Shown piece by piece: positions 1-8,588 of a stretch of DNA of 46,995 nucleotides (position 1 is the stretch's first letter; every line of letters starts with the position of its first letter). The notes below the pieces were generated by a model. The model was not told the origin of the DNA and searched no databases. It was given only the letters and a program-made list of their open reading frames with translations. The stretch comes from Gemmatimonadales bacterium (lineage in GTDB: Bacteria; Gemmatimonadota; Gemmatimonadetes; Gemmatimonadales; GWC2-71-9). A program made the translations under genes and the position numbers. The stretch is taken from the NCBI GenBank assembly GCA_041613315.1, contig JBFJHJ010000026.1:1-46995 (forward strand). The letters run 5' to 3'.

Positions 1-98
1 CGCGTCGTCGCGCGGGTGGTGTCACGTTCCTGGGCGCGCAGCGTTGCGGCTACGGCGGTGGCCAGCAAGCACGCGGCCAGCAGACGGCGAGGGTGCAT
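1..98 (-). CDS. 5' end of a secreted protein (runs off the window edge)
   Basis: ATG at 98 on the minus strand, preceded by GGAGAG. Translates MHPRRLLAACLLATAVAATLRAQERDTTRATT, a Sec-type signal peptide ending in LRA|Q. Not in the ORF track because it is truncated. Confidence 0.7.
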   Translation of the reverse strand, partial: MHPRRLLAACLLATAVAATLRAQERDTTRATT

Positions 99-182
99 GA
101 GCTGCTCTCCTGAGGTGAGGGCCTGGAAAGGTGGCCTACCGACGCGGTGGGTGGAAGGCCGCACCCCGCGGGCGTCTCGAGC

Positions 183-1391
183 ATGAAGGTGCCCGGATCG
201 TGGCGGCGGCTCGGGCTCTTCTTCGCGGCGAACGTGCTGTTCGGCGCCGGTCTCTTCTATCACGCCTTCCTCTACAATTTCTATCTCGACGCCCTGGGGT
301 TGGGAGAGGCGGTCATGGGCTGGGCGCAGGCCGCGCTTACAGCCGGCGGCCTGATCGCGTTGCTCCCCGCCGGCATCCTCGTGGACCGCGTCGGGGCGCG
401 GCCGGCGTTCGTCGGCGCATGTGCGCTGGCGGCGATGGGGCTCGCCCTGGGCGCCGTGGCGGCGCGCCCCGCGCCGGTGTACCTCGCAGGTGTCCTCGCG
501 GGCCTCGGTACCGCCACGTGGCGCGTCGCCTCGGGTCCTATCGTGATGGAACTCGCGCATGGCGCGATTCGTTCCCGGGCGTTCTCTTGGAATGTCGCGC
601 TGCTCGTCGGCTCGGGCGCCGGTTGGATGGCGTCGGCGGGGGCCCTCGCGACATGGCTCGAACGGGCGATGGGGGCAGATCGGGTCGGCGGGCTCCGCGT
701 CGCGCTGCTCGTGGGCGCCGCGGCGACCGGCCTCGCCGCGCTGGTCTTCGGGTTTGTGCGCCTGAAGCCTCGGGCGAGCGCCGATGGCGTTCGTCCGGCC
801 GGTGCCGAGCGGGCGCCCCGCCTCCAGCTCGTCCCGAGCGGGGTTTCGCGTCGGTTCGTGGGGGCGATTGGCGTCGTAGCACTGTGGATGGTGGCACCGG
901 CGCTCGTGCTCTCGTTCTTCAATCTGTATTTCCTGCGCGCGCACGGCATGGCGGTGGACCGGATCGGGTTCCTGTTCGGGGCTACGCACGTTGTGACGGC
1001 GCTCGTCATTTTCGGGAGCGGCGAAATGGCCGCGCGGTTGGGCCCACGGCGGTTGCTCGCCGGCTGGACCCTGCTCTTTGCCCCGGCGCTCTGGCTCCTG
1101 GCTGGGGTCGAGGGGCTGGGCATTGCCATCGCGCTCTACTTCGTGCAGGGGATCGTGTCGCCGGCCACCAATCCACTCATCGACCAGATCCTGCTCGAGC
1201 GGGCGCCCGTGGAGCGACGCGGCGCGGTCTCGAGCTGGCGAAACGCGGCGACCGAGGTCGGCGGTATCGTCGGGGCGGGGGTGGGGGGGACCATCCTTGA
1301 GGTCGTTGGATTCGACGGCCTGTTCGTTGCCGCAGGTGCACTGGCGGCGGCGGCGGCGCTCGTGCTGATCGCGGTCGTTCGTCGCCTGTAG
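183..1391 (+). CDS. MFS transporter
   Basis: About 12 hydrophobic segments; motif A-like GILVDRVGARP and second-half GEMAARLGPRR. ATG at 183 preferred over the upstream start at 147. Confidence 0.88.
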   Translation: MKVPGSWRRLGLFFAANVLFGAGLFYHAFLYNFYLDALGLGEAVMGWAQAALTAGGLIALLPAGILVDRVGARPAFVGACALAAMGLALGAVAARPAPVYLAGVLAGLGTATWRVASGPIVMELAHGAIRSRAFSWNVALLVGSGAGWMASAGALATWLERAMGADRVGGLRVALLVGAAATGLAALVFGFVRLKPRASADGVRPAGAERAPRLQLVPSGVSRRFVGAIGVVALWMVAPALVLSFFNLYFLRAHGMAVDRIGFLFGATHVVTALVIFGSGEMAARLGPRRLLAGWTLLFAPALWLLAGVEGLGIAIALYFVQGIVSPATNPLIDQILLERAPVERRGAVSSWRNAATEVGGIVGAGVGGTILEVVGFDGLFVAAGALAAAAALVLIAVVRRL

Positions 1392-1398
1392 GTAGGAG

Positions 1399-2649
1399 CT
1401 ACCGGCGCGCGCGGACGCGGGCCCGCCTGGTGGCGAGCATCCGGAGTCGACGCAGCTGAACGTCAACCCGCTCGCCGAGTGTCGCGTTGGGGTCCGAGGG
1501 CCAGACGAGTTCCGACGCGTTGCACAGGATCTCCCACGGGCCCTTGGCCCACATCAGCTTTTCGGCAATGGATCGGTGCGGTAGGATGAAACCGCCGGAC
1601 GCGGTGATGGCGTTCACGACGCCGCGCAGGCGTCGAGTGGTGGCCCCTCGGAGCGCGCTCCGTAGCGCCGGATCGAGCGTGCCCGGTGCGAGACGCTCGG
1701 CCAGTTCACAAGCAGGATACACGAACCGCAGGGTGCCCGACTGGTGAAGCAGCCGCGACAACGCCGGCCAGTCGAGCCGGCCGCGCGCGCGGTCGGCGCG
1801 GATGACGAGCACCAACTCCACCAGGCGCACGAGCTGCAGCTCGTGGAGGTTGTAGGAGGCGTGAAGCGCCAGGAAGGCGGTCAGCAGCGGTTGGGCGAGC
1901 ACCCGGGCAGGCTGGCCGTCGACCGAGAACGTCTCGGTGTGCGCCGGGGCGTCACACGGCAGACCGGCGGATCGTCCGCGGAAGTAGTCTCGCTCCAGGG
2001 CGACGTGGAGATCCACGGACCACGGATTGTCGGCGTGGTTCAGCTCGACGGACTGGATGATGCGGGGCGCGCCTGCGGCGATCCAGGTACTCCGCGTGGG
2101 CCGCGAGAGTCCGCGATGCTCGGAGAACCCTGCGTTCTGGAGCGCGATGCGGGCCCTCGCCACCTGGCCGGAAGACACGAGCAGGTCGAGGTCGGCGCCC
2201 GCGCGGGCGCCGGGCTCCAGGAAGTAGGTGCGGGCGGTGTGGAGGCCCTTGAGCAGGGTGGGCACCACATCTTCACGGGCGCAGGTCGCGAGGATGCGGA
2301 GCAGCGCCTCGTGGAACGTCCTGGCGCGCCGCCGGCCGTGTTCCAGGTGCCGGGTCAGGAGCTCCCGCACGGGCGCGTCGGCCGTGACGGTCCCGGCGCC
2401 GATCCAGTGGCCGAGCAGGGCGCCCATGCCGGTCGAGAAGGCGGCGATACCGATCGCGCGGGTCGCGACGGCGTCGGCGCCGGCAAGGTGCGGGCGCTCA
2501 CCTGCCAACACGGCACGCGCAGTCTGGGCGATCCGCGCGTGCGCGCGGGCGTGGTCGTCCGGCGTGAGATCGGGCCACAACGCCTGCGGGTCACTCCGCG
2601 CCAGGAACGCGGCGTTCTCCGGCACGGTGCCGGCGGGCCGGCCCGTCAT
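1399..2649 (-). CDS. Nucleotidyltransferase family protein (NTP_transf_5-like)
   Basis: LLKG...R...DLDLLV motif plus VDLH and a C-terminal LHA..H/LDW helical region. ATG 2649 chosen to avoid overlap with the divergent GT2. Confidence 0.8.
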   Translation of the reverse strand: MTGRPAGTVPENAAFLARSDPQALWPDLTPDDHARAHARIAQTARAVLAGERPHLAGADAVATRAIGIAAFSTGMGALLGHWIGAGTVTADAPVRELLTRHLEHGRRRARTFHEALLRILATCAREDVVPTLLKGLHTARTYFLEPGARAGADLDLLVSSGQVARARIALQNAGFSEHRGLSRPTRSTWIAAGAPRIIQSVELNHADNPWSVDLHVALERDYFRGRSAGLPCDAPAHTETFSVDGQPARVLAQPLLTAFLALHASYNLHELQLVRLVELVLVIRADRARGRLDWPALSRLLHQSGTLRFVYPACELAERLAPGTLDPALRSALRGATTRRLRGVVNAITASGGFILPHRSIAEKLMWAKGPWEILCNASELVWPSDPNATLGERVDVQLRRLRMLATRRARVRARR

Positions 2650-2698
2650 CGTGGGGGCCCGGCCGGGTGGGGGCGAGCGTGCCTCAGGTGAGACCGAC

Positions 2699-3673
2699 AT
2701 GACATACGAGCGGCCCATAGTCTCAGTGGTCCTTCCAACCTACAACCGGCTGAACTATCTGCGTGAGGCCGTGGCATCGGTGTTAGCCCAGACGTACGAC
2801 AGGTGGGAGCTGATCGTCGTGGACGATGGCTCCACGGACAGGACCGTCGAGTACCTGCGCACGCTGCCACGGCATCGCGTCCAGATCGTGCGGCGCACGC
2901 ACCGGTCGAACGCGGCGATCGCCCGTAACTTGGGGCTCGCGCACGCTCGCGGCGACTACGTCGCTTTCCTCGACTCCGACGATGTGTGGCTGCCCGACAA
3001 GCTGACGCTGCAAGTGCACCGGCTCCGAGCGATGCCCGATGCCCGGTGGAGCTACACGCAGTTCGGGATCATCAATGATCGCGGAGACGACATTCCGGTG
3101 TTGTCCGGCGGTCCCTGGTATCCACACGAAGGATGGGTACTGGAAAAAGTGATCACGACTGAGGTAATCGCGCCGATGCCGACGCTTGTCGTCGACCAAC
3201 GCTTTCTCCGCGAACTCGGGGGCTTCGATGAGCGCCTCGTGCATGGCCAGGATCTCGATCTACGGCTGCGCTTGGCGGCGCGCAGCCCTGTCTGTGCCGT
3301 TCCGAGAACCCTCTGCAAGATCCGGGAGCATGCCGGTCGCTCTACCTACATGCTGCAGGAGATCCACCTGTGGTGGCTGCGCGTCTACGAGAAGTTCGGG
3401 CGTTCCGCGGCGACGAAGGTCCTGCGGCGCAGCTGTCGGCGAGAATGCGCCTTTCACCTGGCGTATCTCGGTGACCACTATGCCAAGACGACGTCGCTGT
3501 GGCGGGCCGCACCGCTGCTGTTCGCTGCGTTCACGTATCGCCCGCTCTATCCATGGCTTTGGCGGGTCACCGCTAAGGCGATGATACGCCCGTTGGTGCC
3601 GGCGGCCGTGTGGCACGCGCTACGGGGGCAGCGCCGTCGTCGGCAGGCCGCTCCGCCTTCTCATGACAGCTAA
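2699..3673 (+). CDS. Glycosyltransferase family 2
   Basis: VSVVLPTYNR, ELIVVDDGSTD, ARNLG, AFLDSDD (DxD), GGFDE..DLDL. ATG at 2699. Confidence 0.93.
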   Translation: MTYERPIVSVVLPTYNRLNYLREAVASVLAQTYDRWELIVVDDGSTDRTVEYLRTLPRHRVQIVRRTHRSNAAIARNLGLAHARGDYVAFLDSDDVWLPDKLTLQVHRLRAMPDARWSYTQFGIINDRGDDIPVLSGGPWYPHEGWVLEKVITTEVIAPMPTLVVDQRFLRELGGFDERLVHGQDLDLRLRLAARSPVCAVPRTLCKIREHAGRSTYMLQEIHLWWLRVYEKFGRSAATKVLRRSCRRECAFHLAYLGDHYAKTTSLWRAAPLLFAAFTYRPLYPWLWRVTAKAMIRPLVPAAVWHALRGQRRRRQAAPPSHDS

Positions 3674-4853
3674 CGCGTATTCTGACGCTGCTGCCGCGCC
3701 GCGGGCGCGCTGCCGTTCCGTGGTACAGGTTAGTTTCTTTCTCGATCCGCTTCGGCGTGAGCCGGACATGCTCTTGGATGCGTGGCCGACGCTGAGCGGC
3801 GTGGCGGAAGCCGTCGTCGCCGCCGGCACGGGGTGCACGGTGGTCCAGGCGTCGTGGACCGTGGCTACGCGGCGTAGGGGCGGCGTTACGTATCACTTCC
3901 TCAGGCCAGACGGTCTCACCCTGGAGCGCGTCGGTGTTCCGGCTGCGCTCCGGCGGCGACCGCGCTTGCTCGCCCAGATCGCACGGCTGAAACCCGATGT
4001 TGTGCACGTGCACGGCCTGACATTCGCCGCGGCGACGCATGCGCTTGGGCGAGCCCTCCCTGCGGTACCTGTGCTCGTGCAGGATCATGCGGATCGTCCG
4101 CGGGGCGGGGTGCGCGGAATGATCCAGGGATGGGGACTTGCGCTGGCCGACGGAATTGCGTTCACCGCCCGGGAGCAGGCGGTCGCCTTCGTCACTGCAG
4201 GGCTGTTGGATGCCGACGTGCCCGTGTTCGAGGTGCTCGAGTCGTCCTCGGCGTTCACCCCCGGCGATGCTGGGCAGGCCCGGTCTCGCACTGGTGTCTT
4301 CGGCGACCCCTGCCTGCTGTGGCTCGGCCACCTCGATGCGAACAAGGACCCGCTCACGGTCCTCGATGGGCTGAGCCGTGCCGCAGCGCACCTGCCCGAT
4401 CCGCACCTGTGGTTCTTTTTCCGTTCGGCGCCGCTTCTCGGCGCGGTGGAACGCCGCATCGCCACTGACCCCGCGCTCCGCGGCCGGGTGCACGTGCTCG
4501 GCACACGACCGCACGCGGAGGTGGAGCACCTCCTTCGCGCGGCGGATTTCCTCGTGCAGGGGAGTCATCGAGAGGGCAGCGGCTTCGCCGTGATCGAGGC
4601 CCTCGCGTGCGGGACGACCCCGCTCGTGACGGACATCCCGTCCCTCGACAAGATCACCGGCGGCGGGGCCGTGGGCGCGCTCTCGCGGCCGGGCGACGCC
4701 GTGGGGATGGCCGAGGCGCTGCTCGAGTGGTCGCGGCGGGACCGGGCGGCGCTGCGCTCGGCCGCGCGCGCGCATTTCGAGCGAGAGCTGTCGTTCGAGG
4801 CGATCGGCCGTCAGCTTTGCGCGGCGTACCAGGCCCTCCTGGATCGCGCGTGA
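3663..4853 (+). CDS. Glycosyltransferase family 4 (GT-B)
   Basis: PDVVHVHG, GHLDANKD, EGSGFAVIEALACGTTPLVTD (E-x7-E motif). Overlaps the GT2 stop. Confidence 0.9.
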   Translation: MTANAYSDAAAAPRARCRSVVQVSFFLDPLRREPDMLLDAWPTLSGVAEAVVAAGTGCTVVQASWTVATRRRGGVTYHFLRPDGLTLERVGVPAALRRRPRLLAQIARLKPDVVHVHGLTFAAATHALGRALPAVPVLVQDHADRPRGGVRGMIQGWGLALADGIAFTAREQAVAFVTAGLLDADVPVFEVLESSSAFTPGDAGQARSRTGVFGDPCLLWLGHLDANKDPLTVLDGLSRAAAHLPDPHLWFFFRSAPLLGAVERRIATDPALRGRVHVLGTRPHAEVEHLLRAADFLVQGSHREGSGFAVIEALACGTTPLVTDIPSLDKITGGGAVGALSRPGDAVGMAEALLEWSRRDRAALRSAARAHFERELSFEAIGRQLCAAYQALLDRA

Positions 4854-5986
4854 AGATCGCTGTCATCGTCCCGGGCGGTGTGGATCGGAGCGGTGAGCGA
4901 CGCGTGATTCCGGCGCTCCTGTGGCTCTTCGAGCGCATCGCGCGCGAGCACGACGTGCACGTGTTCGCGCTCTACCAGGATGCGGAGCCGTCGCGGTACA
5001 CGCTCCTCGGCGCGACGGTGCACAGCGCCGGGCGGCCGGGGTCGCGACGGCGCACGTTCCGCAACCTGTGGCGCGAGCATCGGGACCGCCGGTTCGACGT
5101 ACTGCATGCGTTCTGGGCGACGCCCCCCGGCGTGATCGCGGCCGTCGCGAGTCGACTGCTGCGCGTGCCCGCGCTCCTGCACCTGGCCGGTGGAGAGCTG
5201 GTCGCGCTTCCCGAGATAGGCTACGGGGCCCGGCGCCACTGGCGGGGACGGTTGTGGGTGAAACTGGCGCTACGAGGTGCGGCGCGGGTGACGGCGGCAA
5301 GCCGCGACATGGTTGAGCGCGCCGCGGCGCTGGGTGTCTGCGCCGATGAGCTGCCCCTCGGTGTGGATGCGATCCGGTGGCCTCGGCGTGCGCCCGCGCC
5401 TCGTCCAGGGGACCGACCCCCGCGGCTCCTCCATGTTGCGAGTCTCAACGCCGTGAAAGATCAAGACACCCTCCTACGAGCGGCTGCGATGCTCACGCAG
5501 CGCCATGTGCCGTTTCAGTTGGACGTCGTCGGAGAAGACACGCTTGGCGGTGCGCTTCACCGGACCGCGCGGGCGCTTGGGCTCGAAGAGCTGGTTACGT
5601 TTCATGGGTACCTGGTGCAGCGAGAGCTCCGGCCGCTGGTGGAGCGTGCCGACGTCCTGGTCATGTCCTCACGCCACGAAGCCGGGCCGCTCGTCATGCT
5701 CGAGGCCGCCGTGGCCGGCGTCCCGACAGTCGGGACGGCGGTCGGGCACGTCCGGGATTGGGCCCCGGACGCCGCGGTCGCCGTCCCGGTCGGCGACGCG
5801 GATGCCCTCGCCTGTGCGGTGGCGGAGTTGCTCGACGACGAGCCGCGCCGGCTACGCGTCGCCCGGGCGGCACAGGAACGGGCGCTGTCGAGAGACGCCG
5901 ATTGGACGGCGCGGCGCGTGCTTGGCATCTACGACGAGATGACAACAGGGCGGGCCGGCCGCCGCCCACATAGGTCGGAGACATGA
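4850..5986 (+). CDS. Glycosyltransferase family 4 (GT-B)
   Basis: GTG start in a GTGA overlap; KIAVIVPGG, FDVLHAFW, SLNAVKD, EAGPLVMLEAAVAGVPTVGT. Confidence 0.9.
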   Translation: MKIAVIVPGGVDRSGERRVIPALLWLFERIAREHDVHVFALYQDAEPSRYTLLGATVHSAGRPGSRRRTFRNLWREHRDRRFDVLHAFWATPPGVIAAVASRLLRVPALLHLAGGELVALPEIGYGARRHWRGRLWVKLALRGAARVTAASRDMVERAAALGVCADELPLGVDAIRWPRRAPAPRPGDRPPRLLHVASLNAVKDQDTLLRAAAMLTQRHVPFQLDVVGEDTLGGALHRTARALGLEELVTFHGYLVQRELRPLVERADVLVMSSRHEAGPLVMLEAAVAGVPTVGTAVGHVRDWAPDAAVAVPVGDADALACAVAELLDDEPRRLRVARAAQERALSRDADWTARRVLGIYDEMTTGRAGRRPHRSET

Positions 5987-6945
5987 CTGCGGCGCTTGCG
6001 CATCGTACCGAGCTACCGGTGCTCGGGATCCCCGTTCGGTTCGAGACCGACTCGGACGCCATCATGGCGGTCGTGACGGACACGTTCGGCGTGTGGCGTG
6101 CCGCACGGCAATCCGGGGGGACCCATGAGACCACGAAGGTGCACGTGCGCCTCATGTCGCACGAAGGGCCCGAAGGTGAGCCGCATGCGCCGGTCACGTA
6201 TCACATGCCGGATCGGCAGCGCCTGCTGCTCAGGACACCCGGAAGTGTGGGCCATGCCGACCTCGCCCGGCATGATGCGGTCGCCTACGTCACGCCTGCC
6301 CTCGTAGCAGACCGCGAGCACTTCCGTTATTCCGTAGTCGAGGCTCTGACGTACTTCGTGCTCAGCGATCTCGATCGATGCCCTTTCCACGCTGCAGCGC
6401 TGGTCCGGGGCGCCCGTGCGCTGCTCCTCGCCGGGCCGAGTGGCGTTGGTAAGAGCACCGTGACGTACGCGGCGAGTCGGCGTGGCTTTCGAGTCCTGGC
6501 CGAGGATATCGTGTGGCTGGCGTTCAAACCGCGCTTCCGGATCTGGGGTCTCGCACGTCGCGTCAACCTGCCCAAGGATGCTGCGCGCATGTTCCGGGAA
6601 TTGGCGGACGCGCGAGCGTCGCTGCTGGCGAACGGCAAGGAAAAGATCGCACTCCCGCTCGAGACGACCGGCGGGGCTGAACAGCTGCTGGCGGATGGGG
6701 GGGCAATCTGCCTGCTCTCGCGAAGCGGCGGGCCGGCGGGGCTGGTGGAGGTGGGGTCCGACGAGATCGAGCGCGCGCTCCTGGCGAGGGTTGAGGCGGG
6801 CTTCGATCGGTACCGCGACGCGATCCCCGCCGCCGTCGCGGCCCTGGCCGCCCGCGGTGGCTGGCGCCTCAACCTCTCCGACGACCCCACCGACGCCCTC
6901 CCGCACCTCGAGGAGATGTTGCGCACGCTCGCCGAGGGCGCGTGA
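5983..6945 (+). CDS. HPr kinase-like P-loop (serine kinase) protein
   Basis: FHAAALV...LLLAGPSGVGKST (Walker A), then GFRVLAED (acidic motif), the HprK-related signature. ATGA overlap with the upstream GT. Confidence 0.75.
   Translation: MTAALAHRTELPVLGIPVRFETDSDAIMAVVTDTFGVWRAARQSGGTHETTKVHVRLMSHEGPEGEPHAPVTYHMPDRQRLLLRTPGSVGHADLARHDAVAYVTPALVADREHFRYSVVEALTYFVLSDLDRCPFHAAALVRGARALLLAGPSGVGKSTVTYAASRRGFRVLAEDIVWLAFKPRFRIWGLARRVNLPKDAARMFRELADARASLLANGKEKIALPLETTGGAEQLLADGGAICLLSRSGGPAGLVEVGSDEIERALLARVEAGFDRYRDAIPAAVAALAARGGWRLNLSDDPTDALPHLEEMLRTLAEGA
6859..6945 (+). repeat. Direct repeat copy 1 (3' end of the kinase gene, 87 bp)
   Basis: Matches 8453-8539 at 60 of the first 63 nt; same length to the TGA. 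Confidence 0.92.
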
Positions 6946-8429
6946 CGTTCCTCCGGATCTCCGAGTGGCGCCGCGGCACGCGAGCGCCAGCTCGTAGCGG
7001 CGTGCGCGGCGACACACACCTACGCCGCTCCTGGACAACCCGTCTCGATCGCGCCGTGTCGGCCGTCCCAGTGGTGTACCACCGCGGACGGCGGGCCCGC
7101 CTCCCGGCGCTCGCCCTGCTGTCGTTGTTGGCGGCCTGCGCGGGCCTCACCGACGCGGACGCACCGGTGGTTGCGTCACTCGTGGTGGCCGAGTCCGGAC
7201 CGCACGTGCGCGCGCTGCGGATCGCCCTCGAGCGGCCGGCGCCCGTGACCGTCGTGTATCGTACGGATGACGGTCCGGAACTCGAGGCGGCGTCGCCGCG
7301 CGCGCTGACTCACCGCGTCTCGCTGGCCCGCCTCCAGGCCGGGCGAACCTACTCCTACGAAGTGGTTGGCACACACCACGGCGGCACCTTCGACACCGAG
7401 GACCTGCCGCCCGACCTGGCCCGGATCGGCTTCGGGGCCACAGGCGCACCGACGGCGCCGTTGGCGCTCGTACACGTCTTTCAGCGGGACGGCTTCACTG
7501 GGTATGTCGTCGTCGACGCGGTCGGGGAGGTGGTGTGGCACTGGCGCACCCAGGACTTCCCGTTCGGCATGACACGACGGGAGAACGGGAACTTCGTGTT
7601 CATGGACAAGGGACGCGGGCTCGTCGAGGTGACCCCTCTGGGCGGGGTGGTCTCGCAGCTGGCGCAGGACACCGTGTCGCGTGAGATGCATCACGATGTG
7701 ATCGCGACCGCCGCCAACACGGTGCTGTTTATCGCGTTCGACACGCGCGAGGTCGCGGGCGCCCGGACGAAGGGTGAGGCCGTGTGGGAATGGTCGCCCG
7801 AAGCCGACCAGGTCACGAAGCGTTGGAGTTCCTGGGATCACATGTCAGTCGCCGACGACCGCGGCCCACGGTTCGGCGTCGAGTGGATGCATGCCAACGC
7901 GTTGGCGATTGGGCCGCGCGGTAACGTGCTGCTCAGTGTTCACTACTGGAACCAGATCGTCTCCATCGCGCCGGGATGGCGGAACGTCGAGTGGCGGCTC
8001 GGTGGCGTCAACGCTACGATCGCCGTTCCCGAGGGCGAGCAGTTCTCCGGTCAACATACTGCCCGGGAGATCGCACCGGGGCGGGTGGTACTGTTCGACA
8101 ACCGTCTCGAGCGACGTGACTACTCGCGCGCCGTGGAGTTCGAGATCGTTGGAGATCGCGCAGAACGGCGATGGGAGTGGAGTGCGACGCCCCTCAACTT
8201 CGCCTCGGCGGTCAGTTCGGCCCGCCGGCTACCCAACGGCAACACGCTGATCGGGTTCGGCATGAGCGAGGGTACGGCGGGGTCCACTGGCCCCATAGAG
8301 GTTTTCGAGGTTACGCCAGATGGGTCGGTGGTGTGGCATCTCGCGGTGACCAACGTCTTGGTGATGTACCGCGCCGAACCTCTCTGGACCATTGCCGGGG
8401 AGACGTCGGTAGCACGGGCCGGGCGCTAG
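6942..8429 (+). CDS. Arylsulfotransferase (ASST) family lipoprotein, beta-propeller
   Basis: HHD, WMHANAL, GQHTA, LFDNR, SSARRLPNGNTLIG motifs; lipobox LLAAC. The true start may lie nearer 7071. Confidence 0.85.
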   Translation: MTFLRISEWRRGTRAPARSGVRGDTHLRRSWTTRLDRAVSAVPVVYHRGRRARLPALALLSLLAACAGLTDADAPVVASLVVAESGPHVRALRIALERPAPVTVVYRTDDGPELEAASPRALTHRVSLARLQAGRTYSYEVVGTHHGGTFDTEDLPPDLARIGFGATGAPTAPLALVHVFQRDGFTGYVVVDAVGEVVWHWRTQDFPFGMTRRENGNFVFMDKGRGLVEVTPLGGVVSQLAQDTVSREMHHDVIATAANTVLFIAFDTREVAGARTKGEAVWEWSPEADQVTKRWSSWDHMSVADDRGPRFGVEWMHANALAIGPRGNVLLSVHYWNQIVSIAPGWRNVEWRLGGVNATIAVPEGEQFSGQHTAREIAPGRVVLFDNRLERRDYSRAVEFEIVGDRAERRWEWSATPLNFASAVSSARRLPNGNTLIGFGMSEGTAGSTGPIEVFEVTPDGSVVWHLAVTNVLVMYRAEPLWTIAGETSVARAGR

Positions 8430-8452
8430 CAGCCCCCGTGCGGGCGCTGCGC

Positions 8453-8539
8453 GGCTGGCGCCTCAACCTCTCCAACGACCCCGCCGACGCCCTCCCGTAC
8501 CTCGAGGAGATGTTGACAGCACTCGACCAGGGTGCTTGA
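8453..8539 (+). pseudogene. Direct repeat copy 2: orphan 3' fragment of a kinase allele
   Basis: Encodes GWRLNLSNDPADALPYLEEMLTALDQGA*, compared with GWRLNLSDDPTDALPHLEEMLRTLAEGA* in copy 1. Confidence 0.88.
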
Positions 8540-8588
8540 CTCCTCCGCGTTGCGCCCGCGTTCGACCGTTCCCAACTCAGGTGCGTCC

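Noticed and set aside
6859..8539. Duplicated gene 3' end as a DGR template/variable repeat pair
   Set aside because: The mismatches are not confined to adenines of one copy, and no reverse transcriptase is present.
1..8540. Lasso or other RiPP precursor for the kinase/nucleotidyltransferase cluster
   Set aside because: The intergenic gaps are tiny and no short ORF with a YxxP-L...T leader pattern was found.
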